DNA of 64,000 bases from Octopus vulgaris (lineage: Eukaryota): contig OX597815.1 in NCBI GenBank assembly GCA_951406725.2, positions 70,866,001 through 70,930,000 of the forward strand, read 5' to 3'. The notes under the pieces are model-generated. The model saw nothing but the letters and a program-made list of their open reading frames with translations, was not told the origin of the DNA and did no database searches. The translations under genes and the position numbers were made by a program. Of this stretch, positions 14,273 to 28,647 are shown piece after piece (the stretch's first letter is position 1; each line of letters begins with the position of its first letter).

Positions 14273-14414
14273 GAGAGCGAGAGAGATATTATGAGGGATT
14301 TAGTTCACTGATGATCTGAACCAGTAGGTACGCTGCCTTCATGCGTTAGGTTTGAAATTCATAGCTGAGGCTGGAGCAAGGGATCCATAGTATTTTTTGT
14401 ATTACACCTCATTT

Positions 14415-15844
14415 CACACATTAGGTTTTCTAGCGAGTACATTGAGAAGTAGTTTTAGGATAAGAAAGTTTAATTTATCTTAAAAATCTTTAAAATTGCA
14501 GAGAGTTTTCATATTCCTGAACTACCTTCTTCAGTTGTGCTTCAAAAATTTGATAGGTTTTTTTGTTGTTGTTGAGTCCCCACGACGAATGTGTGCAATT
14601 TTTGTCTGTTTTAATCCTTCCTCGGCTTTAAGGGTGGTGCATAGTTTCTACAAATATGGATGTGTGGATGTTAGTGATGAGTGCAAAGCATTGTGAAATC
14701 TTTCTAAAGAATTATTTGATCTTGGCAAGTCCTTTAAGACGCGATAACGTACATTCCAGAGTTCTATAGGAAAATGTGGGGTTTCTCTTCGCCGACGAGG
14801 TCCACGCCACCTTACAATCCCAATGTATGTAATCTCAAAATAGGTCAGAAGAGATGTCTTCATCGTCAGACAAATCTTCAAATACATTGACAACGTCTTC
14901 AATTGGCAAAAATACTAAAACACAAAAGCACTTAATTTTAAGCTGCAAACTTTCATCTGTGTTGTATCTCATACTCTCACCAAGTACACATATCTTTCGC
15001 CAACAAGACTGTCCGAGGAGAAAAACACACCCAACTACTTCTGAATACAGAAATAGAGAAACAAATGCATTATGGAGAGCTTTTTCAAAGACCATGAGAC
15101 AGGTTACAGGTCGCCAATTTGGTCTTAAATCACGCAAAGAAGACAGAAGACAATGCTATGAGGTTTCTTTTTTGTCAGGATGTAAGGTAAATAGTCGGGG
15201 CACGCACGAACTTCCAGTGGTGATATGTAGTGTCACTAACTGACTCCACAAACTAGGAAATATCTTGGAGGTTCTATCACAGGCCCACAGTTATTAGAGC
15301 TTTCTAGATCATCCAACCCTTTTTTTGAGGAAAAAAAAGCTAAAATTCTGTCTGGGTCATCAATGCCACTGTCAAAGATCAAAAACAGCGACCCATCTTC
15401 TAAATACTTAACTGTATCAGGAATTTCAAACTCTGACCTACAAGCTGGAAGTGCTGGAATCCCTAAAGCACGCTACCTCCAATTACGTATGTTACGTGAA
15501 AATTCAAGGATGGTTTGAACTGTGATTTTGTTTTCTTATCGAGATTTTGTACAGCAGTAGCAATTACTTCCCGTGAATATACTGTGCCCATTTTCATTAC
15601 TTCATTGAGTCAACTGCTTTTCGGGCATTAACTTGTGCACTGCTTGCAGAGTGATTATGGGAGCCCGATGAAAAAATTACGTCTGATTCACTGCTTTTGT
15701 AAGTTGTAGGCAGTCTAGCTCGGCAACCTTTATAAAACTGCTCACAACGCCGATATGTCTTGGTTTTTCTATTGTTGTTTCCATGCTTTTCATATATATA
15801 ATTCTCTTTCGTCTGTTCTCGGATATGATAAATTTGGCAGCCAT
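14415..15844 (-). mobile_element. MULE (Mutator-like) transposase pseudogene
   Basis: Frameshifted pieces: FLYWCH-like start (MAAKFIISENRRKR..IYWRC..HNH), FLIFDSG..DRIL, FEKALHNAF..GCVFLLGQSCWRKI, FPIELWNV..LPRSNNSLERFHNAL..THPYL. Confidence 0.85.
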
Positions 15845-16329
15845 AGTCGAGGGAGTCAGAGTTAATTCCTCGGAGGTGTCTTCAGCTCTGGTATTGAGTG
15901 CGTCTCGTTTTCTTTTTCCTTTTATTTTTCGATTTTTCGGTGCAGCGTCCACGACTGTCAGCAGGCGACTGACAACTCTCAGATTTCCTGTTTAAATACT
16001 CGCCGGTAGGCGCTACGTGACACAACTTAAGCTTCAACTCACCAAAAGAAGAGAAGCGCGCATAATTTTGGCCCGTGTTCTCTCTAGGCCTACCTTCCAT
16101 TAGAGTTGTTTGAATTCCAACTCCCTCAGTCAAAGCCGACTAGCTGTCAAACCTTTGAACCATCGGGGAGGGAGGCACGCAATGAACAAGATGTGTTCCC
16201 TCGGCTGACTTGTCAAGTAGCAACGCTATTTAAGTGTCAACCAGCCTCACCTGGCGACGCTATTTCTCAGTTGGCATGTTATGACTTTCGAGCCATTTTG
16301 AGTCTTCTCGTTTCAGCCATATATACTTT

Positions 16330-17095
16330 GATACTTTGATAGGTTTCGGCCATTATTGGCCCAGGCCATGTCTAACTTAATAGCACGAAGCTAGCCTTTT
16401 CGATTGCCTCCTGTATCCTTATTAATTTTCTCAGCTCCGCGTTCGAGAATCCAAATCTTCTTTTAAATAGCGTCGCCATTTTCCTTTCAATGAAGCCTCT
16501 TGCCCCCACTGCCAAGTGGTAACACTCGATAGCCCAGCCCTGTTCCCTGCACTCTTCTATTAATCTCTTATACTCCCTCTCCTTCCGTCACTCTGCATTA
16601 GCGATGTTCTCTCCCCACAGCACTGTCAGTTCTATCAAAATTCCAATTTTCCGTTTTGTATTCCAAAAGATTAAATCCTGTCTTTTTGTTGTTATTATGA
16701 GTGGGAATATTACTTGCTTTTCCAAATCCGCGGCCAGCTCCCAGTATCCTTTCCATCTTTCGTCTGTCTCGTATACTTTTCTGAACCTGGCCTTATGTCA
16801 TTTTCCCTCCTTCTGGAGGTATATCATTCCGCGCTTTTCCACTTTCGGCTCCTCTTCCCTCTTGTACTCTTCGATCTTCTCCTTGAGTGCTGTGCTTATA
16901 GCACTGAGGACTTGGTTGTGACGCCATGTATATCTGTCCAGTGCCAGCCTACAGTTTGACAGGACATGTCTCATCGTAGCTTTCTTTCCGCACTTATATT
17001 CATCAGCCGTTTGTATGTTCCACCGGACTAAGTTGGCGGTGGCGGCAAAACGTCGAAGGTGGATTTGATCAGGAAGGATTTGATCCCATCTTAGG
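16330..17095 (-). mobile_element. RLE-type non-LTR retrotransposon 3' fragment (Hero/NeSL-like)
   Basis: Minus translation SFLIKSTFDVL..NLVRW, knuckle KCGKKATMRHVLSNC, RYTWRHNQVL, RQDLIFW..IELTV, VGARGF. Confidence 0.8.
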
Positions 17096-17099
17096 TACT

Positions 17100-17870
17100 G
17101 TCCCTGTTGACTGCACCAAATGTATATTTCGTTTTTCTTTTTCCTCTTTGAGACTATTCCGTCCTAAGTCATTATAAATGGTATTATTTTAACCTTATAT
17201 CATTTCATCTGTTTAATTTCTTTAGCAAGTCTATTATACTTTTGTATTTTTGTCATTTCGACTTTGTTCAGTTTTTTTTGTCGATGTTATTCCAATTTCG
17301 GTTATTATAGTTTCTTTTCTTTCGTGGTCAAATATTGTTTTCTATATCGTTTGGTGTTATTGTTGGGCTATCTACCAAAATCTTAAGCTTTTCACTTAAC
17401 CTTCTATTTGCACGTTTCTGATTTTCTGTTTTTTTTTTTTTAAATGTTATATTGCTGTAGTAAGTTCGCAAAGATTATTTTGGTTATTTCATCGTGTCTC
17501 TCTTTATATTTCGTGTATGCTGTTTTTCCCCATTTTCCCGTATGTTCGATGTTTCCTTTTTTTTTTTTTACAATATCTGCATGCTATTTTTCTTCCATAG
17601 TAGTTGTTTCTCTCTTGTAAATACTGTATAATATTTTTATCTATCATTGAGTAATTGCTTTGTTTTATAAATTTCAATGAATCTCTTTTTGATACTGCTT
17701 CCTCATTCAGGTGTTTAGAGTACCCACAGTGTATTTCTTTGTGTGATTGCTTCTTAACTATTTTTTCTCCTTCGTATTTTTTGTATTCATTGACATTATT
17801 GATATTATTTTATATGCATTCTTTTTTTATTTCCATAATATCTAATAACATAACCCATATAATATAAAAA
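17100..17870 (-). mobile_element. Highly decayed RLE-type (R4/Dong-like) LINE fragment
   Basis: Minus-strand KRRHDEITKIIF (post-knuckle RHD motif) amid many stops. Confidence 0.4.
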
Positions 17871-17916
17871 TAATAATAATGATGATAATGATAGTAATAA
17901 TGATAATTTCACCAAT

Positions 17917-18010
17917 GGTGAAATTTATCATGGTGGAATATACTATGGTGAAATTTACCTAATAGAATTTTCCGTGGTGGAATTTACCGCGGTGGAATTT
18001 ACCGGTCACC
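17917..18010. repeat. 15-bp tandem array ending GGTCACC; probable DNA-transposon (MULE-type) terminus
   Basis: About 6 units of GGTGGAATTTACCRY, ending abruptly at ACCGGTCACC. Confidence 0.6.
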
Positions 18011-18134
18011 TATTTACATACATACATACATACATACACACATACATACATACATACATACATACATACATACATACATACATACATACATACATACATA
18101 CATACATACATACATACATACATACATACATACA

Positions 18135-18168
<34 letters not shown>

Positions 18169-18739
18169 CGTACATACATATATACATGCATGCATGCAAA
18201 CATACATACATACATACATACATACATAAATACATTAAAGCAACATTAAATTGAAATAGCCATCCATGTATCATACTTAAGGGATATACACTGTTGATAG
18301 GCAAAGTATGCGGTTTTCGTCCTTGTTAAACTCTATGGACGTACTGAGTTTAAAAACATTATATATTGAACGAAGTGAAAATCGTTCCGGCAGTGACCAG
18401 TGAGAGTGAGAATACCAGATTCATTTTGGCCTTTTGGGGTCTTTGGTGGCTTTTGTGTACTCGCAGCCACATATTTCGATGAAATTTGTCGCCCCTGATT
18501 TATAGAAAACTGAATAATACGTTCATTGATGTTGCGTTTAGCCGCCGGGTTGAATAGAAACCCGGAGATGGCAACTGAAGCAGCATTAAATCGAAGTAAC
18601 CATCTATGTATTATATTTAACACACTGTTGACAGGCAAAATACTGCGGTTTTCCCGATATAGTGCCAAATGAACGGTTAGACACTAAGCGTCCATTTCAT
18701 TTACCCGCCATTTTAAGTGTCTTTCATTCATGCAGAGTC

Positions 18740-19110
18740 CGTTGGAAATTAGTGGTTTTCTGGTGGAACATTCCAATAAAAACAATAAGCCGATGTAAAT
18801 ATAACAGGCCAGATATTTTTGTTGGGAGAGGGAGCAATCAGTCATGCTCTATTGTGAATGTCCTGTCGAAAATTAGGGAAAAAGGGGACATTTACGGAGA
18901 ACTAATGAAAAACGAACAGCTCTTACAAGTAGGCTACATATTTTCACTTGTTATTGTAATCGTAGGTGCACTGGGCTACGTAGCAACATATATGCATAAA
19001 AATCTAGAAATGCTAGAATTTTCCCCTACAAAATCGACAACAGAGCATACTAATTCACATTCTCCAGATGCAGTCAATTAGGAGCACAGTATGAATTTGT
19101 AAAACATTTC
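18740..19110 (+). mobile_element. R4/Dong-like LINE 3' end (RLE endonuclease)
   Basis: FWWNIPIKT..CKYNRPDIFV..KIREKGDIYGEL..VIVGALG. Confidence 0.78.
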
Positions 19111-19246
19111 AGGGATCTATTTGAGTTAACATATGCATACATTCGCAGATAGTCACAATACACACATATGTGCATACGTGCACAATACACGCATAAGTGC
19201 ATACATCAGCAAATTGACATATCCACTCTACTACCACCAAGAGATA

Positions 19247-19596
19247 TCTTTTACCTGTTTCAGTCAGTTGACTGTAGCCATGCTGGAGCACCGCCTTGAA
19301 GGATTTTTAGTCGAACGAGTCGACCCCAGGCATTTCTTAAAGCTTAGTACTTATTCTTTCGGAGCCTCTGGCCGAAGCGTTAAGTTACATGGACATAAAG
19401 GCCAACACCAGTTATCAAGCGGTGATAGGGGTGGGGGCAAACATAAACACAAAGACACACGCATATATATTTCCGACGGGCTTCTTCAGTTTTCGTCTAC
19501 CTAATACACTCACAAGAAGAAAACAGTTGCCTCGCAGTGGGGTTGAACCCGAAACCATATGGTTGGGAAGCAAGCTTCTGATGACACAGGAACACC
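19247..19596 (-). mobile_element. SINE family A, diverged
   Basis: CCATGCTGGAGCACCGCC body and tRNA head on the minus strand. Confidence 0.8.
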
Positions 19597-19875
19597 TTGA
19601 TTTAAACAAAAGAGCCAAGTTATTTTGTCAGTGACTGACTTCTGAAATCTGCTAAAGAAAAATATAAATAAATCCAATAGCAACATACACTCACATATTC
19701 ATACTAAAGAATTTGTAGGGAGTTCATTTCAGGTGATGTAATATTTCACTGTTTTGTCGCGTGTGTTTGAGTCAATGAGAGACCTATAATCTGGTTATTT
19801 AAGTAGAAGTTAAACTATTTTCTATTTCTTTTTCTAACGATTATCGTTTGTCAACCTTGAAGAAATGGTCTGTCC

Positions 19876-19970
<95 letters not shown>

Positions 19971-20542
19971 CAGTTGTTTGCCTGACTGTATGCCTGTCTG
20001 TCTTTGTTAGCAAGTGATTAGCTCTCCTTTGGTATTGTTTCGATAGAACAAAACCAGATGTTTTCAATTACATTAAATTAAACGAGATATCATTTGTCGA
20101 TTGCTATTTCCACCCACTTAAAAACACGTACGTTATTCGATTTTCTTTCTCTCTATTGTTGGTCGTTATCTGTTTGTGTACATTGACTGTATAAGCAAAA
20201 AATATATACCAACAATTTCTACAACACAAATTATTTGTAAAACAAGAAAATATACATGTACAGTTTGACAACAATTATGCACATTAATCTGTTTATCTAT
20301 ATCGTATAATCAAACATGTATATTTTTACTGTTTGAATTGTGCATGTTGTATTTCACAAACCACGTGCTACCTAATTACTATTGAAGACCAATAAAGCCG
20401 AGGAGGAGTCAATCTTCTATTCGACAAACATCTATTAATGAAAGAATTACCACTAGTTATTCCATTCTGTTACTTATTTTATCGATAATAATTTGGCGAA
20501 CCGTTACATTATGGGACATAAGCGAAGCTGTTTGTAGATTGG

Positions 20543-20599
<57 letters not shown>

Positions 20600-20762
20600 G
20601 TATGTGTGTGTATGTGTATGTTCGCGTGTGCGTGTGTATGTGTGTGTATACATACATACATACATATATATATATACACATACACACACATAGGCACATA
20701 AAACCAATTTCCAAATACCTTTTGTCTACCAAATTCCACTCACCGTGTATATCCATCCATCC

Positions 20763-20939
<177 letters not shown>

Positions 20940-22064
20940 CACGTGTTCGCGCACACACACACTGACAAATAAGAAGAATGGAGTAAGCAAATCATGTTAC
21001 TACTTCAATATACAAATGTTTCATCTTACTTTAAATAGTCAATCTTGCAACGTTACAGAATAATGCATACAACTACTATTTACTTTCCTTGTGTCATTCA
21101 CGTCAACACACGTTAAATAAGATTCTTCAGAATTTGGTCCAATCTAATCTCCTGAAATTCACTTAAAGTACCCTGAATATGGGTTTGTTTGCATGAACGC
21201 ATTTATATAATACAAACAAATTTGTGGCGAGAATATAATTAGACAAGAAAAGTATTTCTTTTTGTTCGGGCCTGATAATGAATTACCGCGCCGATATCAA
21301 GAACATGATTTTATAGTGGTTTATTTCATTAAATAGATGTCAAAGTTTTATGATTCTTTCAGAGATATTTCGTTGAATAGTTAGGTAGACAGATATCTAG
21401 ACATTAAGCATCTTAGATTTTATCTATTTAGAAGTCAAGTAGAAGAGACAATGTGCATTCTGTTACCTAAGGAAAAATTAATTAAGAAACACTTTGAACT
21501 TATGAGATGTCAGCATAGATTTGGTAAAAATTTCTGGAGATACAACTGAACAAATTTTGCATAAAATTCTTAATATTTTGATATTCTGCCCAGGTTTAAG
21601 TATACTCATTCATAAATGTATACGTAGAGTATATCCTCGAAAATTCTCGTACGATCTATGAAGATTTCCACCTGAAATATTTTTGGGAGTTTCTACCTGG
21701 GAAAAATATCAGGACTTAAACGGACTTCAACATTTAAGGATCAGGATCATGAAAACATATACCTTCTGGATGCCATAGTAGTTTAGCTACCCTTTCTGCA
21801 TTTATTTATGCTTGCATAGTCAATAAGCTTGAGAATATGAATGGGTTGATTGAAAGATGTATGAATGAGTATACTTAAACCTGTGTGTATGTGCCCCAAA
21901 ACATTTCTTTTAAATGTCTGTGTATAGATTTATTTATTATTATTCTTTTAAATAAATTCTACTTAGTGTGAAATAATGAGTGAGATACTGATGGTATCTG
22001 TAAGTGTATCACTTATGTACGTGTACATCTGTGTGCATGCATGTATGAATGGTCGACTGCTGTT

Positions 22065-22400
22065 GGGATGACAATTCACGACACAAGAAAACCGCTTGAT
22101 TCTTGCCAAATGATCACTTAAGAAAGATAAAATCTTTCACGAATATGGTGTGCTTTGGTTCTTCTCTGATGGGAAAATCCTCGACCAGGTCCAAATGGCT
22201 AACATGAAAAATGAGAGATGGTTATGTGCAGATCCATCTGATGTCGTCAAAGTGATGCACACTAAGTTACCAGCAATTGTGAAGGTTTTGGGAGTAGAGA
22301 GTAACGAAGGCCATGTTATACCGCCTCACATATTTCCACAACGTATTAAAATTAATACGTCGTGGTTCTGGAGAAAGTTGTTAAGCCCTGGGTGGTTAGT
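22065..22400 (+). mobile_element. DD37D (maT)-family transposase fragment
   Basis: MLWFFSDGK..NERWLCADPSDV..VMHTKLPA..VLGV.SNEGHVIPPHIF; homologous to the element at 47012-48243. Confidence 0.8.
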
Positions 22401-22677
22401 AGCAGTGTGGGGGGCATGCATTGTAACAGCGCGTCGCTGCAACACGTGTTGGTGATTCCTTATTATTTCTGGCGGATTACGCCCCTGCACCACCCAGGCG
22501 AGAATCCTTCAAACCGTGGGTCTATTTGGGTAGTCGTTGCTGGTGATGGCTTTACGAGATCGGAGTGCAAATCCTACATATATTTTTTTTAGTCGTCTTT
22601 TACGACACGTAGAGGAAACATTGGGTATATTCTTTGATATGCTGGTCGCCACACAGTACTACCGCAACGTTAAATGA

Positions 22678-22776
22678 ATTGTTTTGCTCAAGAACACAAC
22701 ACGCAGCCCGGTCCGGGAATCGAATCCACGATCTGGCAATCGTGAATGTAACACTCTAATCACTAGGTCAAGCACG
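22678..22776 (-). mobile_element. tRNA-derived SINE family C head
   Basis: Minus: TGACCTAGTGATTAG..GGATTCGATTCCCGG..GTTGTGTTCTTGAGCAAAAC; related to 61640-61790 and 63358-63590. Confidence 0.65.
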
Positions 22777-23361
22777 AAAAATTTACTTGGTTTATCTTTC
22801 AGACATTAATTACTAGTGTTCTTTTGTGCGACGTTTTTGGATAAAGCGCCATGATAGGAAAATTTTCTGCTTGCACTAAACGATCCATATTATTTTGGAC
22901 ATTACTTGGACAATAGCGGACATCAGTGAAGCAATGGTATTGTGAGCATGTCGATTAGTCTCTCTTTCAACAACACTGTAAGCGTAGTGGTCCCTGAGAT
23001 TTAAACCTGGCAAGTTTGGAGGTCGATCGTAAATAGCGTCTGACATTCATTCTTGGGCTACGTAGACATTGTGAGAAGGTGCTGAGTCGTGTTGAAGTAC
23101 AGTTGGTCCGAGATCCCAGAACCAGCTGGTGGACTTATAACCCCTTTATTTCACTCCTATAATTTTTTCTATCGTTTGTTTTCTGTATAAGTTGGATCTA
23201 TTAATATAAATATCTATAAATTTATACTTAAATATTCATTGTCTGAAAACGTCCGCTGTTTACTTTGTCTTGTTTTGCATGTATACATATATACATATTT
23301 TGTATTTCATACCCAAACACATTTAATATATCTAATCCATTTGTCCTCATAATTATGTCCC

Positions 23362-23409
<48 letters not shown>

Positions 23410-23464
23410 CCGTTGGCGATTTATTCCCGCCGTCTTCCCTTCCTTGGATCTTTCCTTTTCCTAT

Positions 23465-23498
23465 GTTTCTGACGAAGAGCTCCGCTCGAAACTTAAAT
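23465..23498 (+). ncRNA. Minimal hammerhead motif, damaged copy
   Basis: GUUU CUGACGA A GAGC UCC GCUC GAAAC UUAAAU; lacks the G of ACGU seen in the sister copy at 31336. Confidence 0.5.
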
Positions 23499-24246
23499 CC
23501 CCGTATATGCGGATGTGCGTGTGAGTGTGTGTGTTAGTGTTAGACACTGCTGCCTGTACTGATATGTCTATAAGCAATACGATGACAGACATGCACTCTC
23601 CAATTTATTGTAGAGATGTGTCGGGGTGTATTCATGTGTGTGTACATGTGTGTGTGAGTCTCTGTGTGGATGTATGGGTTTATGGTTAGATGTGGATGTG
23701 TATGTTTTGCTTGTACGGTGTGGTGGAGGTTGGGCGGTTCTCAATTGACCAACCGTGAGGAAGATAATGATAATTTTAAATTCAAATCCAATAGTATATT
23801 TATGCCATAAGGAAAATTATTAACTGGAACACGGACATACATATATTCTGCTCTGGATCATAATGTAAGAGTTATTAATAATATTATGAATGATAACAAT
23901 GATAACATTAATTGTATTGACAACGATAATGAAACTAACTTTAATGACACTTTGGAAACTATTATGAAGTAATATAATGTACTATTGACTATGTATATTT
24001 ACATCTAGGTATTAATTTGTGTATGTTTATTATCACAATATTAAGTCGAAAAACTGAGACATTGGGTGTGGAACACATATATATTTACTAATTTATATTA
24101 TTTATTTATATCATTATGTAAATGTATATTTTTTTTATATGTATAGGAGTGTGAGTATATGCACTCATATGTATATATATATGTTGTATTGTGGGTACGC
24201 ACCCACACCCATGTGGGTATATGTGTAGACTGTGTTATATTTCATA

Positions 24247-24362
24247 ATCTCCGAAGAGGCCTTGTGATATTTTTGTTAATGTCTCATATCTGACCAACCA
24301 TAAAGGGCTAATATTGGTAAAATGAGACATAATTATCGACATGGCCGAAACAGCTGTAAGAT
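24247..24362 (+). ncRNA. Type I hammerhead with very long stem II, U4C core
   Basis: AUCU CCGAAGA GGCC..GAUA..AUGUCUCAU..ACCAA/UUGGU..AUGAGACAU..UAUC..GGCC GAAA CAGCUG UA^AGAU. Confidence 0.72.
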
Positions 24363-24614
24363 CTAATTTATACTTATATTTATATTTACTTGTATTTATA
24401 TTCTTTTTTATATATATTCTAATTATTATACAACATTACTCTTTTATGTACACTTTTTTATGTACATTCCTTTATGTACACTGATTTGTTCTGCTTTTTA
24501 TATTTAACCCTACAGTCTCTTATGTGGTGGTTTAATAAAGTATGTGATTGAGTATTATCTGGTAATTGATATTTGATTTAGATGTATTTCTCCATTTTCT
24601 TATCTTGTATATAT

Positions 24615-24723
<109 letters not shown>

Positions 24724-24725
24724 TA

Positions 24726-24825
<100 letters not shown>

Positions 24826-25659
24826 CATTATTATTATTATTATCTCAACTAACACTGCCGACTTCCTGACAAAGATCCCCCGTAAATATACCCCAACCGA
24901 GGATGACACCAGGTAGCCCAAACTCTGAACGTGCTTTACTCAACACACTAATTGACTTATACCCATTAGTCCCGAAAATTACACACAAACACACACACAC
25001 ACACACGCACACACACGCACGCACACACACACACATACATACACAATAGGCTTCTTTCAGTTTCCAGCTACAGTACGATCGCTTAAATACCGTTTACCTC
25101 CATACTCACTCTTCGGCACCTATACGTCCTCCTGTCTCAGCATCTCACACTACCATCGTCTTTATGGTCTACCACCGATATACTTACACCGCCATCACCT
25201 GTACGCCCCTCCTGCTACTAATACCTTCACTACTATCACCTATCCGAACTACCTCTATACTATTGCTACCGCCGCTCTATCCTACTACCACAGTGTATAT
25301 CCTCCTACCACTATACCCCCTACTACCAGCGTTTCTATCCCCTGGTCACTATACTCTCAATACTATTACCTGTACCGTCAATACTATTGCCGATACCCAC
25401 TACAACCACTCCAACTATTACAGTGTTTGTGCCACTGAAAGAATTGCTTCATGGTCGATTGACCTGCTAGAAATAACAGCCAAATATTCCTCAGGTTGCT
25501 CCATTGAATAAGGTGGTCGTACATTTCCTTAGTTACCTCTAAAAAGGCGTGATGCTCGAGGGCGTGGACTAGAACGCGTTTGCACTGAGTTCTACAACAT
25601 CACATTGGACAAGGTCCAAGCGCCAGACATGCAAATGTCGCAAGGCTAACATTATCATC

Positions 25660-25777
25660 ATAACGTCGTCATCGTCATCGTCGTCGACGTCGACATCATC
25701 ATCATCATCATCATCATCATCGTCGTCGTCGTCGTCGTCGTCTTTGTCATCATCACCATATTCACTACCAACACCAC

Positions 25778-25817
<40 letters not shown>

Positions 25818-25879
25818 ACCACCACCACCACCACCACCACCAGCAGCAGCAGCAGTATCACCAGCAGCAGCAGCAGTAT

Positions 25880-25932
<53 letters not shown>

Positions 25933-26156
25933 GCAACAAAAACAACAACAGCAACAAGAACAACAACAGCAACAATAACAGCAACTAATTTACAATGTTA
26001 ATTTCGGTGTGCATTTGTCTTTTTCTCTTGTTATGTAATAACGGTTAGGTCGTTCACCTTTTAGTGATCCTCACCCCCCCACAACCACTCTGCAACTGCT
26101 GACGCTGCTGGTGATGATGATGCTGGCGATGATGATGTTGGTGATGCTGATGCTGG

Positions 26157-26210
<54 letters not shown>

Positions 26211-26305
26211 GGATGATGATGATGATGATACTGGTGGTGATGGTGGGAGTGGTGATGATGATGGTGGAGTTGATGATGGTGATGATGATGATGATGATGA
26301 CGATA
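25660..26305. repeat. Compound trinucleotide arrays (CAT/CGT/CCG/CAC/CAG/CAA; GAT)
   Basis: Direct reading; no non-repetitive coding context. Confidence 0.9.
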
Positions 26306-27437
26306 ATACTACAGGTGATGGAGATGGTATGAGCCGGGTACGGAAGCTGCGATCGGATGATGATCTCGCTTCGGTGTAATTTAGGCTGACGTATTTATTA
26401 TTGCGGGATTGTGGCAAAAGTAAAGCTGTAATGTGAGAATCACACAAGCACACGTATACACATGCAGACACGCACGCACTCACACACACATACATACGCA
26501 CACACACACATCTATGTTACATAGGCATGCATGCACGCTCCTACTCATACATAGATGCATGCACACATAGGTATGTGTATGTTCGCACAAGCATGCACAC
26601 ACGCATATTAAATGTTATAGATTATATACGCATGCTTACATACATATACCACAATTGCATATATACTCTTGTGAGTGTGTGTATGAGTGTGTGTGTATGC
26701 ATGCACAGGTGTATGCTGTCTTATCATGTATGTGTATGTGTGCATGTTTATGTGAGTGTGTGTGTGTGTATGGTATGTTTATGTATACACACACACACAC
26801 ACACACACACGCATACGCACGCATACACATACACACATATGCGAATAATGCATATATATGTATATATATTTATGTATATACATGCATGTAGATATATGTA
26901 TGTATATGTATATATGTATGTGTATATACGTATGTACATGTATGTATATATGTATGTATATATATATATGGTATGTATGGTATGTATATATGTATATATA
27001 TGTGTGTATGTATGTATGTATGTATGTATGTATGTATGTATGTATGTATGTATGTATGAATGTATGTATGTATGCATAAGGTGGTGAACATCTCGAGACG
27101 TTGCTATATGGTATGCTTTCGATGTAGAGTATGTCTAAAAGGGAAACGAAATCCAAAAAGCGCATCCGGAAGTAGTGACTGGAGGAAGAGAGAGGGAGAG
27201 AGAGAGAGAGAGAGAGAGGGAGGGAGGGAGGGTGAGGGGGGGAAGAAAGTGAGAAATAGAAGAGATGAAGGTAGAGGAAGAGGAAATTAGAAGTTGGTGG
27301 CAGTGGGGATCGGAATAAGTCTGTAGTGCTTATAGAGATACAAACACACGCACACACAAACACACACGCACACACACACACACGCACACACACAAACACA
27401 CACACTTACACTCACACACGCACCAACAAATATACAT

Positions 27438-27468
<31 letters not shown>

Positions 27469-27505
27469 GTGTATATCTGTATACATATATATATATATAT
27501 ATATA

Positions 27506-27585
<80 letters not shown>

Positions 27586-27592
27586 ATATATA

Positions 27593-27965
27593 GGCGCAGG
27601 AGTGGCTGTGTGGTAAGTAGCTTGCTAACCAACCACACGGTTGCGGGTTCAGTCCCACTGCGTGGCATCTTGGGCAAGTGTCTTCTGCTATAGCCCCGGG
27701 CCGACCAATGCCTTGTGAGTGGATTTGGTAGACGGAAACTGAAAGAAGCCTGTCGTATATGTGTATATATATGTATATGTGTGTTTGTGTGTCTGTGTTT
27801 GTCCCCCTAGCATTGCTTGACAACCGATGCTGGTGTGTTTACGTCCCCGTCACTTAGCGGTTCGGCAAAAAGAGACCTATAGAATAAGTACTAAAAAAGG
27901 TGGTGCTCCAGCATGGCCGCAGTCAAATGACTGAAACAAGTAAAAGAGTAAAAGAGAGTAAAGAG
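27593..27965 (+). mobile_element. SINE family A
   Basis: GGCGCAGGAGTGGCTGTGTGG head through (GTAAAAGA)n tail. Confidence 0.92.
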
Positions 27966-28296
27966 TATACTAAAGAGAGAAGAGAGAGGGGATGAATGGA
28001 CCTTAATAGAAAGCAATGGGAGGAGGGGGAAAGAGGAGGAGATTTGTTGCAAAGACTCTGAATCGTGTTAGAATGTGGAAGGGGCGTGGTAAAAACTCGT
28101 TGAAGAGAAGGAAAAAAAGAAAGAAGTAAACGAAAGAAGGAAATTCTAGGTGGAAGTTGAATTTGCGAAAATAGTGGACAAGAAAGAACGGTTGTGCTAA
28201 GGAAGGGAGAGTAAGGAACAGAAAAGAAGGATTGAGCGAGATAGAGGGAGAGAGAGAGGAGAGGAGAAGAGAGAATAGAGGAAGAGGAGAGGGGAT

Positions 28297-28361
<65 letters not shown>

Positions 28362-28449
28362 CGGTGAGTAAATGAGAAATAAGAAAGTGGTGGGGAATAG
28401 TGTGTAAAAAGTGAGAGAAAAATCATTCTCTGCAAAATTTATCCAGCAG

Positions 28450-28516
<67 letters not shown>

Positions 28517-28647
28517 GTCTGTCTGTCTGCCTGTCTGTCTGTCTGTATGTCTATCTGTCTGTCTGTCTGTATGTCTATTTATCTGTCTGTCTGTCTGTCT
28601 GTCTGTCTATTTATCTGTCTCTCTGTCTGTCTATCTATCTATCTATC

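Noticed and set aside
14305-14365. CUGAUGA...GAAA motif
   Set aside because: Stems I and III do not pair.
17917-18010. Regular repeats as a CRISPR array
   Set aside because: Contiguous 15-bp units without spacers, in a eukaryotic context.
18240-18655. ~75-bp diverged direct repeat (period ~340 bp) as a third retrozyme-like unit
   Set aside because: No CUGANGA core found on either strand between the copies.
25744-26001. Poly-P/A/Q ORF resembling a transcription-factor low-complexity region
   Set aside because: Entirely trinucleotide repeat, with no flanking coding sequence or splice support.
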